Source: a virus
Strand: one strand, 5' to 3'
Virus record (IMG/VR): IMGVR_UViG_3300046058_000043
Coordinates: 1 to 53,521 of that record
Length of the DNA stretch: 53,521 nt
The position numbers and the translations under genes are program-made. The notes beneath the pieces are model-generated. The model was not told the DNA's origin, made no database searches, and worked only from the letters and a program-made list of their open reading frames with translations. Shown here in pieces: positions 16,898 to 24,262 of this stretch (position 1 is its first letter; each line of letters starts with the position of its first letter).

Positions 16898-17857
16898 ATG
16901 ACCGGGGCCGGCACGACCAGCGTCGTCTGGACCCGCGAAGACAGCTACGGCACGCTCCCAACCGGCCCGACCTACGTCTATCCCGGCCGGGACGTTCAGG
17001 TGAGCAGTCTGGAGCTGCGGAACGCGCTCCAGCGCTCGCGACTCCCCGACGACAACGAGGCGATCGAGGCGGTCGCCCAGCAGCTTGAGGGTGCGTACGA
17101 GATCGAGTACGACCTCTGCCACCCCTGGGCGCTGACGGACGTCTTCGTCAGCGAACACACGGACAGCGACTCCGACGGCGTCCTCGAGTGGTCGATGGGC
17201 GCCGGCCAGATGCCGACGTCGCGCTGGTACATCGGCGTCGACGTCGGCTCGTCGACGTGCGAGCGCGAACTGAAGGGCGCGGCGACGACGTCACTGCAGG
17301 TCCAGATCTCCGATGGATCGAACGTCCGCGTTTCCCAGACGATCGTGTACGGCGACGAGGAGAAGAACTCGAGCATGACGCCAGGCTCGATCGAGGGGGG
17401 CGACCAGTCGCCGTACGTCTACCACGGCGGGAGCCTGACCGTTGACGGGACGACCCAGAAGAAGATGCAGGAGGCGACGCTGGAGATCACGAACAACGGC
17501 TCGCTCGACCGCGGTTGGAACCGGAAGGCGATCGACGCCGTCGCGGGCGACGCCGAGTACAACCTCTCGGCGTCGAAGATCGTCGACGACTCGCTGTCGA
17601 GCAACGTGACGCTGGCCTACGGCAACTCGACGGCGCCGGTCTCGACGTCGGGCATCGACGGCGTCTCTGGTGAACTCCCGCTGACGCGTGGCGACGGCGA
17701 TGAAATCACGCTCTCGCTGACGGGCGTCCGTCCGGATACGTACGGCTGGGACAACATCCCGCCGAGCGGTGACGAGCGCGTCCAGGAGTCGATCCAGTTC
17801 TTCGTCGACGTCGTCACCGCCGAGGCCGACGTCTCGATGGCCGACCCGTTCGCGTAA
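16898..17857 (+). CDS. Major tail protein (non-contractile tail)
   Basis: 319 aa, sits directly before the chaperone/tape-measure pair; no sheath-like gene present. Confidence 0.65.
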   Translation: MTGAGTTSVVWTREDSYGTLPTGPTYVYPGRDVQVSSLELRNALQRSRLPDDNEAIEAVAQQLEGAYEIEYDLCHPWALTDVFVSEHTDSDSDGVLEWSMGAGQMPTSRWYIGVDVGSSTCERELKGAATTSLQVQISDGSNVRVSQTIVYGDEEKNSSMTPGSIEGGDQSPYVYHGGSLTVDGTTQKKMQEATLEITNNGSLDRGWNRKAIDAVAGDAEYNLSASKIVDDSLSSNVTLAYGNSTAPVSTSGIDGVSGELPLTRGDGDEITLSLTGVRPDTYGWDNIPPSGDERVQESIQFFVDVVTAEADVSMADPFA

Positions 17858-17876
17858 CAACCTTCTCTGATATATC

Positions 17877-18440
17877 ATGCCACTTAATACAAAAACTACG
17901 ACTACCGACGAGGCGACCGACGATCTCGAAGCCCAACGCGAGGAACTCGCCGACGAGGTCGCGCAGATCCATCCCGACGAGCGATCTCAGGACAACGACG
18001 AGTTCGTGCGTCTGAGCAACGAAGCGTCCGAGATCGAGCGCCAACTCGCCGGTCTTGAGTGGGCCCGCGAAGAGTTTGGCGGCGACGCCATGTTCGAACT
18101 CGGCGGGCTGACGACGTCCGAGGTCGCCGAGGTGAACGACCGCGTCGCGGACTTCCAGGCGACGACGATCTCGCCGACCGAGTCTGCAGAGGGGGCGGCG
18201 AGCATCTTCTGGATTGCCCAAGGGATGCGCTCGGCACCGTTCTTCGACGCTCAGGATCTCACCGATACCGACGATCCGTTCCAGTACAAAGTCGACCAGA
18301 TCGGCGGCCTTCCGAAGCAGCTGACCGACTGGCTCGAGTCGGAGATCAACAGCCTCTCGACGGTCGGTGACCGGGAGGGAAACTCCTTCATGCAGCTGGT
18401 CGAGGCCAAGAGCGAGACCTACCACGAGACCTCGGAGTAA
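17877..18440 (+). CDS. Tail assembly chaperone (G-like)
   Basis: 187-aa acidic protein directly upstream of the tape measure, with a slippery heptamer near its 3' end. Confidence 0.7.
   Translation: MPLNTKTTTTDEATDDLEAQREELADEVAQIHPDERSQDNDEFVRLSNEASEIERQLAGLEWAREEFGGDAMFELGGLTTSEVAEVNDRVADFQATTISPTESAEGAASIFWIAQGMRSAPFFDAQDLTDTDDPFQYKVDQIGGLPKQLTDWLESEINSLSTVGDREGNSFMQLVEAKSETYHETSE
18377..18383 (+). promoter_or_regulatory. -1 programmed frameshift slippery heptamer G_GGA_AAC
   Basis: In the chaperone frame the codons are gaG GGA AAC; the -1 frame is open from 18371 to 18574. Confidence 0.6.
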
Positions 18441-18574
18441 CGGTCGCGAAGACGATTCTCATGTACAACGGTCACGATCCACGAGCAGTCGATGACTACC
18501 CCTGGCGTGACGTCGAGGCGTTCCTGATCATGCTTCCCCATCTGAAGCAGCAACTCGGAGGGTCGTTCGGATGA
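18383..18574 (+). CDS. T-like -1 frame extension of the tail chaperone (63 codons)
   Basis: -1 frame reads LLHAAGRGQERDL...MYNGHDPRAVDDYPWRDVEAFLIMLPHLKQQLGGSFG and stops at 18572-18574, overlapping the tape-measure ATG 18571. Confidence 0.5.
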   Translation, partial: LLHAAGRGQERDLPRDLGVTVAKTILMYNGHDPRAVDDYPWRDVEAFLIMLPHLKQQLGGSFG

Positions 18575-20022
18575 CCACGTTCGAGACTGGCGCCCAGTTG
18601 GACGTCACGGTCAACCCGAGCAGCCTTCGGAGCGCTCGCCAGACGATCGAAGACGAGATCGGCGACGTCCAGGTCGACGTCTCGACCAGCGCCGGCGGAG
18701 GCGGTGGTAGCGGCTCCCGAATCGCTGGCCGTGAGCGGGCGATGTCGCGCCAGCTGCTCTCCTCGCAGGACGAGAGCCTGATGTCTATCGACGACGCCTG
18801 GACGGACAACCTCGATCTCAACGAGGAGCGCAACGACCTTCTTCAGCAGTTGCTCGAGCAGAGCGAGAAAGATTCACAGACGTCTCGGGGCGGGAGGATG
18901 GGCAGTATGGGGATGGGTGGTATCGGGTTAGCGTTGGGTGTCGGTGCGATCGCGTCGTCGATAGGCGCGAATATCGTCACCTGGCTCAGCGATGCGATGC
19001 CGAGTATCGGCCCTGGAGACATCGTCGACCCCGTGCAGATCGGCCCCGGTCATATAATCGATGCAGCGGCATCAGTCGAGGCTTCAGATGTCGTTACCAC
19101 CGCGGCCACGGTCGGTGTCGGAAACGTTGTCGGTACGGCCGCGACGGTCACCGTGGGTGCGCTCGTCGCGAGCAAGGCGACGATCACTCCCACGAGCGTG
19201 ATCGACACAGCGGCAAGCATCTCTGCAACGGATCTGATCTCGGTGGCGGCCGACATCTCTGCCACCGCTTTGATCACCACCGGCGCGTCGATCTCTCCCG
19301 GTGACGTGGTCGCGAATGCAGCTGCCGTAGCGGCAGCAGATCTGGTTTCTGGGACCATCACCGCGGAGGCGTTGATGGAGCATCTCACCGATAGTGGGTC
19401 GTCATCCAGTAGTGGTACGGGACCGACTGGTGACACTTCGACCGACATTGAGGTGACACCTGAGGGGACCACGGCAGTCGGCGAAACGCCGTTCATTGAT
19501 CCGGAGGGGCAGCTCAGTATGAGTGAACGCTACCATACGCCGCTGCAGGACGCCGATATCGAAAATGCTGAATCGACAGGTGAACCGGTCGACGTAACTG
19601 CAGGGTCTGATGCCTACTCGACAGGCCCTGACGGAACAGGGGGTTCGACGGATTGGGAAGCGTTGGGAAAAACCGGTCTGGCCGCAGGATCGCTGGCGGC
19701 TGGGGCAACTCTCGCAGCAGCCGATGGGCCGCTCCCATTCGGCGATGCAGCTGGCGCTGGCATCGCAGCGAGGGGCGGCGGGGCTGCACTTCTATCGGGT
19801 GTGTTCGCTGGGTCCGCTGCAGGTCAGGAAGGTCCCCAGTCCGCGTCGCGTGGTTCTGGTTCTGGAAACCAATCGACGACTGAGACGGCGGAAGTCAATC
19901 AGGAGAACCGCATCGAGATCAACGCTGATCTGTCCGACCTCGAGCGGGAGGTCACCGATCAGGTCCGTGATCTCGAGCAACAGGTGAACGACCTCGAAAA
20001 CGCTCTTCAGAGGCGACGATGA
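18571..20022 (+). CDS. Tape measure protein
   Basis: 483 aa after the chaperone pair; N- and C-terminal coiled-coil text, Gly/Met-rich hydrophobic patch, periodic Ala/Val/Thr core. Confidence 0.7.
   Translation: MTTFETGAQLDVTVNPSSLRSARQTIEDEIGDVQVDVSTSAGGGGGSGSRIAGRERAMSRQLLSSQDESLMSIDDAWTDNLDLNEERNDLLQQLLEQSEKDSQTSRGGRMGSMGMGGIGLALGVGAIASSIGANIVTWLSDAMPSIGPGDIVDPVQIGPGHIIDAAASVEASDVVTTAATVGVGNVVGTAATVTVGALVASKATITPTSVIDTAASISATDLISVAADISATALITTGASISPGDVVANAAAVAAADLVSGTITAEALMEHLTDSGSSSSSGTGPTGDTSTDIEVTPEGTTAVGETPFIDPEGQLSMSERYHTPLQDADIENAESTGEPVDVTAGSDAYSTGPDGTGGSTDWEALGKTGLAAGSLAAGATLAAADGPLPFGDAAGAGIAARGGGAALLSGVFAGSAAGQEGPQSASRGSGSGNQSTTETAEVNQENRIEINADLSDLEREVTDQVRDLEQQVNDLENALQRRR
19051..19380 (+). 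repeat. About nine consecutive 12-residue coding repeats in the tape measure
   Basis: AATVGVGNVVGT / AATVTVGALVAS / KATITPTSVIDT / AASISATDLISV / AADISATALITT / GASISPGDVVAN / AAAVAAADLVSG. Confidence 0.8.
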
Positions 20023-20627
20023 GCCAGATTCCAACTATCAAGATCGACGCGAACTTCGGAAGTGGGTCCGTGACGGGCGTCTTCCAGCCCTCGCTCCCTG
20101 ACGACGCCAGCAACGCAATCAGCGACGGCATCCGGACGGGCTATCTCCTCTCGGGCGCTGGCGACGACGCGATCGGGTTCCTACTCGGTCTCGTCGGCGA
20201 GGACGAGTCTGCTCGCAAGGGATTTTCGCTCGATCCTGGCGGCGGCGAGCATACGATTGAGCTCCGGGCGCAGGTCACGAGCGGGCACACGACCGACAAC
20301 GACGGCCAGACGCTCCAGTGGGGAAGTTCGGCTGACCCGAGCGCCGAAACCGAGGCGACTGCGACCGGCGCAGACGCGGTCACGAAGGCCCAGGTGTTCA
20401 CGAACTACATGCGTGTCGCGAGCGGCGGCACGGACTCGCTTTCGCCGGCACGCTTCCAGTGGGGCGAGTACTCGCCGGATGGTGTCCTCGACGACGAGCT
20501 GCAGGTCCTTCTGGAACAGCCAGAGTTCACCAGAAAGGGACCGGATACGTACGAGATGTCGACAACGCTTGTTGAAACGGCGACGCTCTCCGGGCTTCTC
20601 GACGGCGATAAGCAGACTGACGGATAA
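20019..20627 (+). CDS. Distal tail protein-like (positional)
   Basis: 202 aa, ATGA overlap with the tape-measure stop. Confidence 0.5.
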   Translation: MSQIPTIKIDANFGSGSVTGVFQPSLPDDASNAISDGIRTGYLLSGAGDDAIGFLLGLVGEDESARKGFSLDPGGGEHTIELRAQVTSGHTTDNDGQTLQWGSSADPSAETEATATGADAVTKAQVFTNYMRVASGGTDSLSPARFQWGEYSPDGVLDDELQVLLEQPEFTRKGPDTYEMSTTLVETATLSGLLDGDKQTDG

Positions 20628-20629
20628 TT

Positions 20630-21793
20630 ATGGACCAAGACCTCAAACTCTACACGCTGGTCGCGACCGGAGCAGGCCAAACAGATCGTGAGAACAATCT
20701 CCGCCAGCAGATCGCCTCTTCGGGGGTTCTCAATCAGGACGGCGGGAACATCGAACAGATCGCGAGTGAGCCCGCCGACCAGCAGATCCGCGGCCACTAC
20801 CGGGCACGCTACGCTGCGAAGATGGCGCAGGAACTCGAAGAACTCGCCTCCAGTGGGTTGGGCCCGCTCCCCGTCACGGCGCTGTCGGATAGTGTGTCGA
20901 CGGCACTGGATGGCTACTACGAGATAGAGTCCGCCGATATCGCCCCGCCCCGAGCAGCAACCGAGGCCGTCCAGCGCTACGACGTCTCACTCTCGAAAAA
21001 GGGCACCCGGAACAGCGCCTGGCGCGCACTCGAGACGAATCCCTCGCAGGTAGACCATGATGAGCAGTGGGGGAACGACACGACAGAGCTTGTCGGCATG
21101 CCGTCGACGGCGTCGAAAGTGCGCTGGTACCGCGACGAAACAAGCGCGGTCGCGCCGGCGTCGGCGACGTCGACGCGACAGGCTGAGCTCGGCGACGTCG
21201 AGATCTTCGACCTTGCGGACGGTCGGTCGGCGCTCTCGCTCTCGAGTGATCAGGATCTGTGGCTTATCTACGACATCGACTACGGCGCTGAGGAGACCGT
21301 CGACATCCGTGTCTGGGACACACGAGGCTACGACAGCAAACACGACAACGACGGCGGGCTGCAGTGGGCGAAGCTTTTCAATACGCAACACGACTTCGAC
21401 GACCTCGTCGTCCTGGACTCGGGTGTCCTCCGCCTCGAACTCGACGAGGCCGCCGGCACGATCACGGCCGAAACCTGGGAGTCGTCGACGTCGTCCTGGA
21501 CCTCCGTCGGGATGTCGAACGACTCGTCGTGGTCGCTGCTCGACGTCGACCTCACGCACGTGGGGATGGTCCGCGTCGACGCGCAGCTGACGTTTAGCGA
21601 TGGCTCCAGTCTCTACGCGCTCGACGCGATCCTCGGGCGCGGTGACGACTCGGTGCTGTTCGCGATCCCCGATGGCGAGTCCGCGCCGATCCCGTCGGGG
21701 ATCGTCGACTGGCTTGACCCGGTCGCTGCGTCGACGGTCTACGCGACGGCCGGGCAGAAGGACCTCATCGACCGACAGGAGGTGCGTCGATAG
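20630..21793 (+). CDS. Tail tip/baseplate-like protein (positional)
   Basis: 387 aa after the Dit-like gene. Confidence 0.5.
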   Translation: MDQDLKLYTLVATGAGQTDRENNLRQQIASSGVLNQDGGNIEQIASEPADQQIRGHYRARYAAKMAQELEELASSGLGPLPVTALSDSVSTALDGYYEIESADIAPPRAATEAVQRYDVSLSKKGTRNSAWRALETNPSQVDHDEQWGNDTTELVGMPSTASKVRWYRDETSAVAPASATSTRQAELGDVEIFDLADGRSALSLSSDQDLWLIYDIDYGAEETVDIRVWDTRGYDSKHDNDGGLQWAKLFNTQHDFDDLVVLDSGVLRLELDEAAGTITAETWESSTSSWTSVGMSNDSSWSLLDVDLTHVGMVRVDAQLTFSDGSSLYALDAILGRGDDSVLFAIPDGESAPIPSGIVDWLDPVAASTVYATAGQKDLIDRQEVRR

Positions 21794-24262
21794 ATGCCGA
21801 CTGAAAGCTGGTCCAGCGCAGGGAGTTACAGTTGGACTGTTCCGGACGGCGTCGAGAAAGTCACTATCCGCTGCTGGGGGGCCGGTGGCGGCTACACGAC
21901 GGATGCAGGCGGTGCTGGTGGGTACACCGAAGGCGATCTGTCCGTCTCCGGGGGCGACACGCTCGAAGTGTACGTCGGCGGCGGTGGCGGGTTCAAGACC
22001 AATGGCGGGTTCAACGGCGGTGGATCCGGCGGAGATAACGGGTCAAACGGCAGCGGCGGTGGGTCCGGAGGCGGGGCCAGCGACGTCCGATACAACAGCA
22101 CCGCGCTCGCCGACCGCGTCATCGTCGCCGGTGGTGGCGGCGGCCTCGGCGGCCACTCCTCTGGCAGTGGGTCGTACAACCCCGGCGGTGATGGTGGCGG
22201 CGACACCGGTCAGGACGGCGCAGAGTCGTTCGTCGGCGATGCAGGGCACGGCGGGACGCAATCTGGTGGCGGGGCCGGCGGGTCCGGCGGCGGGAACGAT
22301 GGTCAGGATGGGTCGTCCGGCTCCGGTGGTGCCGGCGGCGATCCCAAAAACGGATGGAGCGGTGGCGGCGGTGGCGGTGGGGGATACTACGGCGGCGGTG
22401 GCGGTGCCGGTCTGGACACCAGCGGCGGCGCTGGCGCTGGCGGCGGTGGATCGAGCTACACCGGTGGCGTCACGGCCGCCTCGACGACGGTCGGCGGGGG
22501 CGCTAACGCGACGGACGACGGACAGGTCGAGATCGAGTACTACTACGCCCCTGTTGCCCCGAGCAACGTCGACGCGACGGTCGTCGACGACGATCAGATC
22601 GACGTCGACTGGGACCACGACTCGAACAACGAGGACTACGACCTGCAGATGTCGCGTGACGGGTCGTCGTGGACGGAGCCGGCGGACTACGACATGTCCG
22701 TCTCGAACGGGACGGCGTCGGTTTACCCCAACTCCGACAACGACTATCACACTCAGGTCGGCATCGACTCGGGGTTCCAGTTCCGGGTCCGGGGGGTTAA
22801 CTCGCAGGGCGATACGTCGTCCTGGACGTCCAGCGACACGGTCTATACGACGCCGATTCCGCCGCATAACCCGGCTGTATCGCGTCCCGGTTCAGACACC
22901 TTCGAGGTGACGTGGACGCGGAAGTCCGACATCGGGAACTACAACCACGTCGAGGCGCGCAAGGACGACGGGAGCGGGTATGGGAGTTGGACGACGATTA
23001 ACACCCACTACCCGTCGCAGGGAGAACAGATCATGGTCACCTACGAGACCGGGCAGAGCTACGAGTTTGTCGACTCAGGGTACTTCGAGGAGGGCGCTCG
23101 TTACCAGTTCCGCATCGAGCGGACCGAGAACCGTGGCGACGAATACCGAGTCTCGGAATACGCGTACGCCGACTACGGCAACCGGGGGAATGTCTACTTC
23201 GAGGACGATTTCGAGTCCGGGGATCTGTCGAAATGGGACAACACGTACCTCGACACGTCCGAGTCCGGGGTAGTAACTGGCGGGATCGAAGATACGGCAA
23301 TCGACGGATCCGACAGCGGATCGTACTGCCTCAGGCTGGACGGCAACAGTACAGTGATGAAGGACCTCGGCGATATGAGCGGCGAATCAGGTGTGATCGT
23401 CCGCTGCGCGATGGCTATCGGGTCGATGGACACGAACCACGGCGACGACATTCGCATCGAATGGTACGACGGATCGACGTGGCAGACGATACACCAGATC
23501 AACAACATTCCCGACAACAACGACTACGAGGCATCGGCGTACAACAAGTCGGACTGGTTTGAGGTCCACGCTACCGTCCCCGACTCATACATGTCGTCGG
23601 ATGCCCGGGTGAGAATCACGGGGAACAACATGGGCGGCGCGGACCACCGAGGATACGACCGTATCGTCGTCAGCGACATCCTACACGAGCACACCCGGCC
23701 TGCCGCCCCATCAGACCTTGCGCTCGACGCCTCGACGGATCGCGAGATAACACTCTCGTGGACGAACAACGCTGCCTTCCCCTCGAAGCAGGAGACGAAG
23801 TTCAGGCCGACGGGCAGCGATACATGGGACCATCACGCCGATCTCCCTGCAGACCAGACAAGCGAGACTCGAGATGGGTTACTGGACGGCGAGCAATATG
23901 AGGCGTTTGCTCGGACCACCATCCAGCAATACCGTCGTGGGACTGGCGGCACGTACTTCTTTGACGACACGTCTACGAAAACGGCCATCACGAACCTCCC
24001 GCCGGTTGAGCTGGCGGTTGAGTCCGTCGACGGCCGTCACGCCACGATCTCGTGGACTGACCCCTCGAACAACGCCGACGGCTACCGGCTGCTGCTCCGC
24101 GAGGATGACAGCGGCAGCTACTCGCAGGACGGGAGCGACGTCGCACCGGTCGGCGAGGGGGAGACGCAGTCTACCCAGACGACCGAACTACTCGATGGGA
24201 TGCTCTACGGCACCACCGTTGAGACATACACTGAACACACCACTGCGAGGGAGGACCAATAA
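21794..24262 (+). CDS. Tail fibre protein: glycine-rich N-terminal domain plus several FN3-like modules and a jelly-roll-like segment
   Basis: SYSWTVPDGVEKVTIRCWGAGGGY...GGGGG tracts...GQVEIEY; repeated ...DWD/SWT...D..Y FN3-like units (APSNVDATVVDDDQIDVDWD, APSDLALDASTDREITLSWTN, LAVESVDGRHATISWTDP). Confidence 0.7.
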   Translation: MPTESWSSAGSYSWTVPDGVEKVTIRCWGAGGGYTTDAGGAGGYTEGDLSVSGGDTLEVYVGGGGGFKTNGGFNGGGSGGDNGSNGSGGGSGGGASDVRYNSTALADRVIVAGGGGGLGGHSSGSGSYNPGGDGGGDTGQDGAESFVGDAGHGGTQSGGGAGGSGGGNDGQDGSSGSGGAGGDPKNGWSGGGGGGGGYYGGGGGAGLDTSGGAGAGGGGSSYTGGVTAASTTVGGGANATDDGQVEIEYYYAPVAPSNVDATVVDDDQIDVDWDHDSNNEDYDLQMSRDGSSWTEPADYDMSVSNGTASVYPNSDNDYHTQVGIDSGFQFRVRGVNSQGDTSSWTSSDTVYTTPIPPHNPAVSRPGSDTFEVTWTRKSDIGNYNHVEARKDDGSGYGSWTTINTHYPSQGEQIMVTYETGQSYEFVDSGYFEEGARYQFRIERTENRGDEYRVSEYAYADYGNRGNVYFEDDFESGDLSKWDNTYLDTSESGVVTGGIEDTAIDGSDSGSYCLRLDGNSTVMKDLGDMSGESGVIVRCAMAIGSMDTNHGDDIRIEWYDGSTWQTIHQINNIPDNNDYEASAYNKSDWFEVHATVPDSYMSSDARVRITGNNMGGADHRGYDRIVVSDILHEHTRPAAPSDLALDASTDREITLSWTNNAAFPSKQETKFRPTGSDTWDHHADLPADQTSETRDGLLDGEQYEAFARTTIQQYRRGTGGTYFFDDTSTKTAITNLPPVELAVESVDGRHATISWTDPSNNADGYRLLLREDDSGSYSQDGSDVAPVGEGETQSTQTTELLDGMLYGTTVETYTEHTTAREDQ

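Noticed and set aside
21600-22910. 436-aa plus-strand ORF and the Pro-rich minus-strand ORFs (21892..22206, 22043..22867) overlapping the glycine-rich fibre region.
   Set aside because: These are alternative-frame readings of GGN-rich DNA, giving Ala/Arg/Thr/Pro-rich products. The frame starting at 21794 has recognisable domain text and operon coupling.
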